Source: Sphingomonadales bacterium (lineage in GTDB: Bacteria; Pseudomonadota; Alphaproteobacteria; Sphingomonadales; JAKSBY01). From it: a DNA stretch of 43,582 nucleotides. The position numbers and the translations under genes are program-made. Positions 33,698 to 42,281 of this stretch are shown here, piece after piece (positions within the stretch are counted from its first letter, which is position 1; every line of letters starts with the position of its first letter). The notes beneath the pieces were generated by a model that worked only from the letters and a program-made list of their open reading frames with translations, was not told where the DNA came from and ran no database searches. Where the stretch lies: positions 1-43,582 of the forward strand of contig JAKSBY010000290.1 in the NCBI GenBank assembly GCA_022360855.1, in the 5' to 3' direction.

Positions 33698-36646
33698 ATG
33701 TCGTACGGTTTTCAAAGGCCGAGTCGGCGGAACGGCCGGTTGGCGCTGCTGGCGTCGGTCGCGGGCCTGGCTGTTTTCGCATCGGGCTCGCCGGTCGTCG
33801 CGCAGGATGATGCCGACGAGGATTTGGGCGAAATCGAGCAGATTTTCGTCACCGGTATTCGGGGCAGCCTGCAACAATCACTCGATGTGAAGCGCGACGC
33901 GCGCCAGATCGTCGACGCGGTTTCAGCCGAGGACGTCGGCAAATTCCCCGACAGTAACGTGGCCGAAGCGCTGCAGCGCATCACCGGCGTTTCAATCGAT
34001 CGCTCGGGCGGCGAGGGTCAGTTCATCACGGTTCGCGGTCTCGGCCCCGAATTCAACGCGGTCCTGCTGAACGGGCGAACCATCGCGACCGACAATGACG
34101 GGCGTGAGTTTTCGTTCGACGTATTGTCCTCCGACATCATTCAGCGGGCTGAGGTTTACAAGAGCGCGACGCCTAACCTGCAGTCCGGCGGCATCGGTTC
34201 GGTCGTCAATATCGTCACCGCGCGGCCCCTGGACCGCCCGGGCACGAGTTTCACGGCGTCGGCGGCGGGCCTCTACGACACGCTGCGCGACAAGTTCAGC
34301 CCCGAAATCACCGGCGTGGCCTCGTGGACCAATGACGACGATACGGTCGGGTTCCTGCTCGGCGCGTCCTACTCGAACCGCAAGAGCCAGGAAGACTCTT
34401 CGTTTACCAATGGTTTTGCCTTGCGCGACGGGGCCGTCAATGCCGGCGATATCGCCGTCAATGCACCGGAAAGCTCGACCGGCCTGGATCCATCGGCGAT
34501 CGGGCCGATTCCCACCTCCCGCGTTCAGCAGCAGGTCGTCCACAGCCGGGATGTTCAGGACCGTGAACGGCTGACCATCAGCGGCGCCGCGCAGTGGCGG
34601 CCGATGGACAATCTGTTGTTCACCGTCGATGGCCTCTATTCCAGATTCGACGTTGAATCGCTTGCCACGCAATTCTCCGGCTTCTTCAGCCCGCCTTTCA
34701 TCAATCCGGTGATCGACGAAAACGGCACCGTCGTCTCGTTCAGCCGGCCTAGCGTCGATTTCCAAAACCGGAATCCGCTCATCGCCGATGTCGTCGGGCT
34801 GTCGCAGAACGACAACGTAATCACGGCCAACAACCGGCTCGCCGAGACTTATGTGATCGGCGGCAATGTCGAATACGACCTCAATGAAAGCGTGTCCGTC
34901 GAGCTGGACGTGTCGAAATCCCGCGCGACACGGGACGGAACGAATCCATTTGTCGTGATCGGCGCGCTTGCGCCCGAGTCGCCCTTGATCGAGATCCCGA
35001 ACGATAACGGCATCTCGACCATCACGAATCTGGTGGGCCTTACCGATCGCTCGATCCAGCGGCTTCACTTCGTCAATGTCGCGCGCGACGAAGTCGAAGA
35101 CGACATTTTCGAGGCCAGTCTCGGCGTCGACTGGGACGTCAATCGCGGCCCGTTGGCGGTCGTCTCGGTCGGCGGGCTTTATACGGATCGGTCGAAAGAG
35201 CAACAGGTCTTCGATAACTTCTCGCCAACCCAGGGCGGCAATATCTTCTGCGCCTATTGCGGCTACAACGTCGCACCGCCGGACACCTCCTTCCTCACCG
35301 AATTTTCGTTCGAGGGATTCCTGAGCGGCGTTCCCGGCGCGGAGACGGTTGCGCCGCAGATCCTTGCCTTCACCTTTGAAGATGCGTTTCGGGTGTTGAA
35401 TGACACGGTGAACATCACCAATCCGGCGCGCCAACCCGGCCTCTCGCCGGAAGAGTTCGCGGCGAATGCGGCAGACCTGATCGCGCGCCGCGACGCGGCG
35501 GGAGACTCGATCTTCGGCTTCTACACACCCGACCTCAATCCGGGCGCGAGTTTCGCCGTCGATGAACAGATCTTCGCGGTCTATCTGAACACCGAGTGGG
35601 AGGGCGATTTCGGCGACCTGCCGTGGAGCGCCAATGTCGGCTTCAGGGTTGCGATCACCGAAACCACCTCGACCGGCGTCGATCAGCCCGTGATCGAATT
35701 CCGCGAAAGCCCGGGCGATACGCAGCTCCTCATCATGTTCGGACCGTCGACGCCCGTCTCGGTCGACAATCGCTATGTCAACTTCATGCCGTCGGTGAAT
35801 TTCAGGGTCGATCCGACCGACAACACGGTGTTGCGTCTCAGCTATACGGAGACGGTAACCCGGCCGACCTTGACGGCGCTGGGCGTCAACAACACATTCG
35901 GCGGCCGTTCGAACGCGCCGGTCAGCGGCGGCGGCAACCCGTTCCTGGAAGCCTTCGAATCCGAGAACTACGACGTGTCCTTCGAGTGGTACTTCGATGA
36001 CGTCGGCTTCTTCGGCATCGCCGGCTTCCATAAGGAGTTCTCCAACTTCCTGGAATCGCAGACGCTGCCGGTGATCCGGCCGATCGTGTTCCCGGCGGGC
36101 AATGTGAGCAACCCGACCGACATGGACGTCACTCGGGACGTCGCCTTCCAGGATACCCGTGACCCCAACGGGGAATCCGGCAGCATCACCGGCGTCGAAG
36201 TGGCGTTCCAGATGGTGTTCGACAGCCTTCCGTCGCCGTGGGACGGGCTCGGCACGCAGATCAATTACACCTATGTGACCAGCAGTATCGATCGGGCCGA
36301 AGGTTCCGGCGCGGCGGACTGCGACTACAACGGTCTGTCGCCGCATTCGTTCAACATCAGCGGCTTTTACGAGAAAGACCGGATTCAGGCGCGCATCGCC
36401 TATAACTATCGCGACGAGTTCCTGTTCCAGTGCTTCTCGAACTTCAGTGAGCCCAGGCAAAGAGAAGCCTTCGGTCAGGTCGATTTCTCGGCCGCATTCG
36501 ATGTCAACGACTGGATCCAGATCTTTGCGGAAGGCGTCAACATTCTGGGGGCGGACACGCGGGACTTCTCGCGCTTTCCGAACCGGTTCCTGACCTATTC
36601 CAACACCGGCTCACGCTATCTGATCGGGGTACGCGGCTCGTTCTAA
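33698..36646 (+). CDS. TonB-dependent receptor (sugar-uptake type)
   Basis: Signal peptide, TonB box IEQIFVTG, plug DAVSAEDVGKFPDSNVAEALQRITGVSI, RGLGPEF, C-terminal F (GVRGSF). Strong SD GGGGAGG. Confidence 0.95.
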   Translation: MSYGFQRPSRRNGRLALLASVAGLAVFASGSPVVAQDDADEDLGEIEQIFVTGIRGSLQQSLDVKRDARQIVDAVSAEDVGKFPDSNVAEALQRITGVSIDRSGGEGQFITVRGLGPEFNAVLLNGRTIATDNDGREFSFDVLSSDIIQRAEVYKSATPNLQSGGIGSVVNIVTARPLDRPGTSFTASAAGLYDTLRDKFSPEITGVASWTNDDDTVGFLLGASYSNRKSQEDSSFTNGFALRDGAVNAGDIAVNAPESSTGLDPSAIGPIPTSRVQQQVVHSRDVQDRERLTISGAAQWRPMDNLLFTVDGLYSRFDVESLATQFSGFFSPPFINPVIDENGTVVSFSRPSVDFQNRNPLIADVVGLSQNDNVITANNRLAETYVIGGNVEYDLNESVSVELDVSKSRATRDGTNPFVVIGALAPESPLIEIPNDNGISTITNLVGLTDRSIQRLHFVNVARDEVEDDIFEASLGVDWDVNRGPLAVVSVGGLYTDRSKEQQVFDNFSPTQGGNIFCAYCGYNVAPPDTSFLTEFSFEGFLSGVPGAETVAPQILAFTFEDAFRVLNDTVNITNPARQPGLSPEEFAANAADLIARRDAAGDSIFGFYTPDLNPGASFAVDEQIFAVYLNTEWEGDFGDLPWSANVGFRVAITETTSTGVDQPVIEFRESPGDTQLLIMFGPSTPVSVDNRYVNFMPSVNFRVDPTDNTVLRLSYTETVTRPTLTALGVNNTFGGRSNAPVSGGGNPFLEAFESENYDVSFEWYFDDVGFFGIAGFHKEFSNFLESQTLPVIRPIVFPAGNVSNPTDMDVTRDVAFQDTRDPNGESGSITGVEVAFQMVFDSLPSPWDGLGTQINYTYVTSSIDRAEGSGAADCDYNGLSPHSFNISGFYEKDRIQARIAYNYRDEFLFQCFSNFSEPRQREAFGQVDFSAAFDVNDWIQIFAEGVNILGADTRDFSRFPNRFLTYSNTGSRYLIGVRGSF

Positions 36647-36691
36647 GAGCTGTTGGACTGTGAGTGGTTTCCTCCCGAGCGTTTCCACTCC

Positions 36692-36727
36692 GGGCGATGC
36701 GGAGCGATCCGCATCGCCCCTGTTTTG
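36692..36727 (+). terminator. Intrinsic terminator after the TonB-dependent receptor
   Basis: Perfect 12-bp stem GGGCGATGCGGA/TCCGCATCGCCC with a GCGA (GNRA) loop, followed by CTGTTTTG. Confidence 0.75.
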
Positions 36728-36764
36728 TCGCGGCATGCGAAGCCGACGGATCGGACACGGGGTC

Positions 36765-37121
36765 ATGACACGAACGCTCCTTCGCAGCTTTACGGGCGCG
36801 CTGATCGTATTGGCGGCGAGCTTTCCGGGCGCAGCTCAGGATGATAGCGACCCGCTTGCGCCGACGGGCCGCTGGTCGGCTTTCGCCGGCGGTGCCGCCG
36901 AGACCCCGCCCATGGGTTGGAATTCGTGGAATGCGTTCCACACCGATGTGGACGAAGAAAAGGTCATGGGCGCCGCGCGGGCCATCGTCGAGACCGGCCT
37001 CGCCGAGCTCGGCTACAGCTATATAAACATCGACGACGGCTGGTGGCTGAAGCGGCGTCAGTCGGACGGCTGTTCGCCGAGCCAGGCGGCCACGGTCTGG
37101 CGCTCTTCCGCACTCATGTGA
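36765..37121 (+). pseudogene. Truncated secreted alpha-galactosidase, GH27 (first ~102 aa only)
   Basis: Signal peptide, then AETPPMGWNSWN...GLAELGYSYINIDDGWW..RR..DG. The frame then runs into the antisense of glpD and stops; the catalytic KxD region is missing. Confidence 0.85.
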
Positions 37122-38575
37122 AGGCCGAGCTTGGAGCGGCGCCGGAGAATGTCCTCGGCGCTCTGTGCCCATTCCTCGCGGCGCAGAAAGTCGATCTCCT
37201 TTTCGTAGAGGCCGGCGCCGAAGTTCTGCCCCATATCGGCGACCGATCGCGCGTCTTCGAGCAACCGGAAGGCCCGGGTGCCGTAAGACCGCGCAATCCG
37301 GTCAAGGGTGGCTGCGCCCAGCCAGGGCGCGGCCTTGTCGAGTTCCGAGATCAATTCCCTCAGCGCCGCCGCCGGATCGTTCCGGCCCGGGAGGTCGCCT
37401 CCGGGGAGGGCGGCGTTTTCGGTCCACTTGCCTCGCGCTAGCTCGAGATAGGGGCCCAGTTTCTCGAGCGCCTCTTCGGCCAGGCGCCGGTAAGTGGTGA
37501 TCTTTCCTCCGAAGACGGTCAACAGCGGCGGCGCACCGTCGGCGGCATCGAGCTCGAGCACGTAGTCGCGCGTCGCCGCGGAGGCATTTTTGGAGCCGTC
37601 GTCATAAAGGGGGCGGACGCCGGAATAGCTCCAGACCACGTCGGTCGGATGGATCGGCTCCCGGAAATACTCCGAAGCGGCGTCGCAGAGATAGCGTATC
37701 TCATCCGCATCGGCGCGCGCGCTGCCGGGATCGGCATCGAAAGGGGTATCGGTGGTGCCGATCAGCGTGAACCTGCCCTCATAGGGAATGGAGAAAACGA
37801 TGCGCCCATCCGCGTTCTGGAAGGTGTAGGCGAGGTCGTGCCCGTAGCGCCGGGGCACTAAGATATGGCTGCCTTTGACGAGGCGGACCGAACTCGCGGT
37901 CTTTCTATCGGTCGTGCAGGCGTTCAGCGTTTTCTCCACCCACGGACCCGCCGCGTTGACCAAGGCCTTCGCCTCCGTCCTCACGACCTCGCCATGCGCG
38001 GCCTTCGTTTCGATATGCCAGGAGCCGCCCTGCCGCTCGGCAGCGAGGAATTTGTGGCGGGTCAAAACCGTAGCTCCCAATTCCGCGGCGCCGAGGGCGT
38101 TCAGCATGACCAAGCGTGCATCATCGACCCAGCAGTCCGAATACTCAAAGCCTTGCTTGAAGATGGGCTGCAGCGGGCTGCCCGCATCGTGGGTTCGTAA
38201 GTCAAGACGTTTGGTCGCGGGTAGCAGTTTGCGCCCGCCGATATGATCGTAGAGGAAGAGCCCGGCGCGCAGGACGAAGGCGGGTCGCAAGCCCTTGTGA
38301 TGCGGCAAAACAAAGCGCAGCGGCTTGATCAGATGCGGGGCAATTTTCCAGAGCCGTTCGCGCTCCCGAAGCGACTCCCGGACGAGGCGAAACTCATAGT
38401 GTTCCAGATAGCGCAGCCCGCCGTGAATCAGTTTCGAGCTTGCCGACGAGGTGGCACTCGCCAGATCGGCTTGCTCCACCAGCATGACCTTCTGGCCGCG
38501 CCCGGCGGCGTCACGGGCGATTCCGGCCCCGTTGATCCCGCCGCCGATGATATAAATGTCTACTTTTGGGCTCAT
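37058..38575 (-). CDS. glpD: FAD-dependent glycerol-3-phosphate dehydrogenase
   Basis: IIGGGINGAGIARDAAGRG, ATSSASSKLIHGGLRYLEHYEFRLV, VDDARLV, LVKGSHI, YSGVRPLYDDG, GGKITTYRRLAE. Probable start is ATG 38575. The EryB paralog cannot be excluded by eye. Confidence 0.88.
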   Translation of the reverse strand: MSPKVDIYIIGGGINGAGIARDAAGRGQKVMLVEQADLASATSSASSKLIHGGLRYLEHYEFRLVRESLRERERLWKIAPHLIKPLRFVLPHHKGLRPAFVLRAGLFLYDHIGGRKLLPATKRLDLRTHDAGSPLQPIFKQGFEYSDCWVDDARLVMLNALGAAELGATVLTRHKFLAAERQGGSWHIETKAAHGEVVRTEAKALVNAAGPWVEKTLNACTTDRKTASSVRLVKGSHILVPRRYGHDLAYTFQNADGRIVFSIPYEGRFTLIGTTDTPFDADPGSARADADEIRYLCDAASEYFREPIHPTDVVWSYSGVRPLYDDGSKNASAATRDYVLELDAADGAPPLLTVFGGKITTYRRLAEEALEKLGPYLELARGKWTENAALPGGDLPGRNDPAAALRELISELDKAAPWLGAATLDRIARSYGTRAFRLLEDARSVADMGQNFGAGLYEKEIDFLRREEWAQSAEDILRRRSKLGLHMSAEERQTVAAWLGEQPSD

Positions 38576-38648
38576 CTGGGCCAAAAATCGTTCTTAAAGC
38601 CTGGCGCAAAAGACGCGCGTGCCAGCATGGAAAATCGTTGTCTTTTAA

Positions 38649-38664
38649 TATCATTTATATGATA
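38649..38664. promoter_or_regulatory. Candidate DgoR-like operator, copy 5 (perfect arms)
   Basis: TATCAT-TTAT-ATGATA between the divergent glpD and dgoA genes. Confidence 0.72.
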
Positions 38665-38718
38665 AAATACAATTGGGAAGATTCGCGATCGCGAGGCTGA
38701 GCGGAGCGGGAGCATTGT

Positions 38719-39342
38719 ATGAGCGGTGGTCAACTGAATGCGGTGCGCATCATCGCCATCCTGCGTGGTCTGAAGCCTGTCGAGGCGCTTGATATCGGTC
38801 ATGCGTTGTTTAGCGTGGGAATCGGAGTGATCGAGGTACCACTTAACTCGCCGAGCCCGTTTCAGTCCATCGCCGCGTTGGCCGAGACCTTTAAGGACCG
38901 GGCTTTGATAGGCGCCGGGACGGTGGTTGATCCCGCGCAGGTCAGTCAGGTCAAGGCGGCCGGCGGGCGGCTGGTCGTTTCTCCCAACTCCGACCCCGCG
39001 GTGATCAAGGCGACCAAAGAAGCCGGTCTGGTCTCGGTGCCGGGCTTTGCCACGCCGACCGAGGCCTTCACCGCCCTTCGGGCCGGCGCCGACGCTCTCA
39101 AGATGTTTCCCGCCGGCAGTCAGGGCCCGGAGGGCCTCAAGGCGCTGATGGCCGTTCTGCCGGCCGACACGCCGGTGTTTGCGGTGGGTGGCGTGGGACC
39201 GGAAAATATGCGCGCTTTCGCCGCCGCCGGCGCCAGCGGATTCGGCCTCGGCACCAGCCTGTACCGGCCGGGTTCGTCGGCTGGCGATGTCGCCAAAAAT
39301 GCGGCCTCGACCGTCGCCGCATGCCAGGACATTTTTGGTTGA
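38719..39342 (+). CDS. dgoA: 2-dehydro-3-deoxy-6-phosphogalactonate aldolase
   Basis: IIAILRG, IEVPLNSPSPF, IGAGTV, VSPN, PGFATPTEAF, ALKMFPA, AVGGV, FGLGTSLY. Confidence 0.92.
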   Translation: MSGGQLNAVRIIAILRGLKPVEALDIGHALFSVGIGVIEVPLNSPSPFQSIAALAETFKDRALIGAGTVVDPAQVSQVKAAGGRLVVSPNSDPAVIKATKEAGLVSVPGFATPTEAFTALRAGADALKMFPAGSQGPEGLKALMAVLPADTPVFAVGGVGPENMRAFAAAGASGFGLGTSLYRPGSSAGDVAKNAASTVAACQDIFG

Positions 39343-39349
39343 AAGTGAC

Positions 39350-41125
39350 ATGATGAAAGACAAAGCAAGCCTGCGCAGCCGTCAGTGGTTCGACGACCCC
39401 GATGATCCGGGAATGACCGCGCTCTATTTGGAACGCTATCTGAATTTCGGCCTGACGCGTGAGGAATTGCAGTCGGGCCGGCCGATCATCGGCATCGCGC
39501 AAACCGGGTCGGATCTTGCGCCGTGCAACCGCCATCACCTCCGCCTTGCGACCCGCGTCGCCGACGGCATTCGTGATGCCGGCGGCATCCCCATCGAATT
39601 CCCCGTGCACCCGGTTCAGGAGACCGGCCGCCGCCCGACCGCGGCGCTCGACCGTAATCTGCAATGCGTGTCGTTAACAGAGGTCCTGCACGGCTATCCG
39701 TTTGACGGGGTGGTGCTGATGACCGGCTGCGACAAGACCACGCCGGCACTGGTCATGGGGGCGGCCAGCGTCAATCTGCCGGCTATCGCGCTCTCCGTGG
39801 GGCCGATGCTTAACGGCAGCTATCTTGGCCGCTGTGTCGGCGCCGGCACGGTCATTTGGGAAGCGCGCCGACAACTTGCCCAGGGCGAAATCGACTACAG
39901 CGAGTTCATGGAGATGGCGGCCGGCTCGGCGCCGTCGGCGGGGCATTGCAATACCATGGGCACGGCGCTCACCATGAATTGCCTTGTGGAGGCGCTCGGC
40001 ATGGCGCTTCCCGGCAGCGCGTCGATCCCCGCGCCCTACCGCGAACGCCAGCAGATGGCCTACGCCACCGGGCGGCGCATCGTCGATATGGTCTGGGAGG
40101 ACCTCAAGCCCTGTGGCATCCTGACCCGCGAGGCGTTCGAGAACGCGATCAGGGTGACGGCCGCCCTAGGCGGTTCCACCAACGCGCCGATCCATATCAA
40201 TGCGATCGCGGCTCATGCCGGCGTTGACGTTTCGATGGCGAATTGGCGTGCGTCGGGCGCCGATATCCCGCAAATCGTGAGCTGCCAGCCCGTTGGCGAG
40301 TATTTATCGGAGGAATTCCACAAGGCGGGTGGTGTGCCGGCGGTCATGGCCGCGCTCGTGGAGGCCGGCTTGCTCAACGCGGGCGCGCTGACCGTCAGCG
40401 GCAGGACCGTCGGGCAGAATCTCGAAGGCGTGTCTTCTCGTGACCACGACGTCATCAGGCCCGTGGACAACCCGGTCAGGCAGCGCGCCGGCTTCGTCGT
40501 CATGACGGGCAACTTTTTCGACAGTGCGATCATGAAGGTCTCCGCGATCGGCGAGGTGTTTCAAAATCGTTATTTCTCGGACAAGGAAAGACCGGGCGTG
40601 TTCGAGGCCAAGGCCGTTATCTTCGAAGGGCCAGAGGACTATCGCGCCCGTATCGAGGAGCCGGCGCTTGGGATCGACGAAAACAGCGTCCTGGTAATGC
40701 GCGGCGTCGGTCCCAAGGGCTATCCGGGCTCGGCGGAGGTGGTGAACATGCAGCCGCCGGCCCGCCTTCTGGCCGCGGGTGTTGCCCAGCTTCCGACCAT
40801 GGGGGACGGCCGGCAAAGCGGCACGTCCGGCGCGCCTTCTATTTTGAACATGACGCCAGAGGCCGCCTCCGGCGGCGGGCTGGCGCTCCTCGAAAACGGC
40901 GACTCGTTGCGCATCGATATTAATGCGGGGCGGGTCGAATTGCTGGTCAGCGATGCGGAGCTCGAAAAGCGCCGCGCGCAGGTCTCCGGTCGGATGCCCG
41001 AACCGCAAACCTGGTGGCAGGCTCGCTATCAGGAAGAGGTCACCGAGCTCAGCGAGGGCGCGACGTTCAGAGAGATGCCGAAATTCTCAGACCTCGCCGC
41101 CAAGCCACCGCGCCATTCGCACTAA
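39350..41125 (+). CDS. IlvD/Edd-family sugar-acid dehydratase (probable galactonate dehydratase)
   Basis: LRSRQWFDDP..P.MTALYLERYLNFG, PCNRHH, TGCDKTTP, GHCNTMGTA, GGSTNAPIH, DGRQSGTS. ATG 39350 follows dgoA by 7 bp. Confidence 0.9.
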   Translation: MMKDKASLRSRQWFDDPDDPGMTALYLERYLNFGLTREELQSGRPIIGIAQTGSDLAPCNRHHLRLATRVADGIRDAGGIPIEFPVHPVQETGRRPTAALDRNLQCVSLTEVLHGYPFDGVVLMTGCDKTTPALVMGAASVNLPAIALSVGPMLNGSYLGRCVGAGTVIWEARRQLAQGEIDYSEFMEMAAGSAPSAGHCNTMGTALTMNCLVEALGMALPGSASIPAPYRERQQMAYATGRRIVDMVWEDLKPCGILTREAFENAIRVTAALGGSTNAPIHINAIAAHAGVDVSMANWRASGADIPQIVSCQPVGEYLSEEFHKAGGVPAVMAALVEAGLLNAGALTVSGRTVGQNLEGVSSRDHDVIRPVDNPVRQRAGFVVMTGNFFDSAIMKVSAIGEVFQNRYFSDKERPGVFEAKAVIFEGPEDYRARIEEPALGIDENSVLVMRGVGPKGYPGSAEVVNMQPPARLLAAGVAQLPTMGDGRQSGTSGAPSILNMTPEAASGGGLALLENGDSLRIDINAGRVELLVSDAELEKRRAQVSGRMPEPQTWWQARYQEEVTELSEGATFREMPKFSDLAAKPPRHSH

Positions 41126-41276
41126 ATACGCAAGCCACGCTGCAAGCGGTCTGACAATTATGGATAATCCGGCTGATTTGACCGCGGGCCCGATGAGTGG
41201 CTGGGGTAATGAGGCCCATTAACCCGTTGAGGTTCCAAGAGAAGTGGTCGAGTACCCTTGGCGATAGCGTAAGATC

Positions 41277-42281
41277 TCAATCGAGAGTCACGCCATGGTT
41301 CGCGAAAAACTCCAGGGCGGCCTTGTGAGTGTACTGGGCTTTCAGACCGGGCCAGGTTGCCATGGCATGCGGCGTTTCGTTCTTTTTCAGACAGCCGAGT
41401 ATGGCCGAAACGGTCTCGTCCGGAGTCGCCTCCCAGGCTGCAAGCGCTTGCCGAAATGACAGCAGATCAACCTCGTTGCCCGGAGTGGGCGAATAGGCTG
41501 ATCTCGCCACCTCGAAGCCATTCGCTTCGTTAAGCTTTTGCACGGCGTCCGATCCGACCGGAATCCAGTGCGCATCCTCGATTTCCAGGAGCGGCGGGAC
41601 CATGGGCCGCGGCCCGTCCGCCGATAGGCTGATGAGATTCCAGGTCGTGGCGTTGACTGTGCCACCGGTGACGGCTGTTGTGAGATCGTTGGGTTTCATA
41701 TCGACGATTTCGACGTCCCCCAATAGGCCCCAGCCGTCTCTAAGCAGAGCTTCGGTATAGACGCGGACGGCGCTCGGCCGTGGCGGGGCGCCGATCCGCT
41801 TGCCCTTGAGGTCGGCGGGCAACCGGATCGTATCGTCGAAAGCCAGTACCCCGAATGCGACGTCATAGAGTGACGCGACGAACTTCAGATCCGTATAGGG
41901 CCTGCCGTAGGAATGCCAGGCCGGCCCCCGGTGATGGATCGCCGGCAGGAAGTCGATCGTTGTGACGATGGGCAGGTGGTATTTTTTGTCGTTGTCCGAG
42001 GCATCGCTGAACTGCGTGATCGACCGCGGCAGGGCCTGTGGGACCACGGTGTTCGGAATGCCGCATCCGCGCAGGGCCTCACCCAACGCCACATTATGGT
42101 CATGCAGCATGATGGAAGGTGGCGCAGGCGAATAGATGGTCAGGGCGGGACCGGCGATCTCCGCCTTCTCATCCGCGCAGGCCACTGCGGACAGCCCTAC
42201 CGCGATCAAAGAAGCGGCCGCCCCGCCCCAGCGAAACAGGCTGTGACAAGGCGGCCATGTGGCCCAAACATCAAAAGCCAT
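41277..42281 (-). CDS. TAXI-type (TRAP) solute-binding-like protein
   Basis: N-terminal hydrophobic segment, DLKFVASLY, DLKGKRIG, ..TGGTVNA and terminal HKAALEFF..HG. ATG 42281 overlaps the receptor stop; the ORF track start at 42578 lies inside the receptor gene. Confidence 0.68.
   Translation of the reverse strand: MAFDVWATWPPCHSLFRWGGAAASLIAVGLSAVACADEKAEIAGPALTIYSPAPPSIMLHDHNVALGEALRGCGIPNTVVPQALPRSITQFSDASDNDKKYHLPIVTTIDFLPAIHHRGPAWHSYGRPYTDLKFVASLYDVAFGVLAFDDTIRLPADLKGKRIGAPPRPSAVRVYTEALLRDGWGLLGDVEIVDMKPNDLTTAVTGGTVNATTWNLISLSADGPRPMVPPLLEIEDAHWIPVGSDAVQKLNEANGFEVARSAYSPTPGNEVDLLSFRQALAAWEATPDETVSAILGCLKKNETPHAMATWPGLKAQYTHKAALEFFANHGVTLD

Noticed and set aside
24096-36460. Long antisense or alternate-frame ORFs 24096..25418(+), 27754..29244(-), 30499..32043(-) and 33992..36460(-)
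   Set aside because: They overlap well-supported genes and show no recognisable motifs; such ORFs are expected in high-GC DNA.
1840-41125. Functional coupling of the RTX lipase with the galactose locus (lyse algae, then use galactolipid headgroups)
   Set aside because: An attractive idea, but the adjacency appears to result from a deletion and the galactose operator was not seen in the T1SS promoters; there is no direct support.
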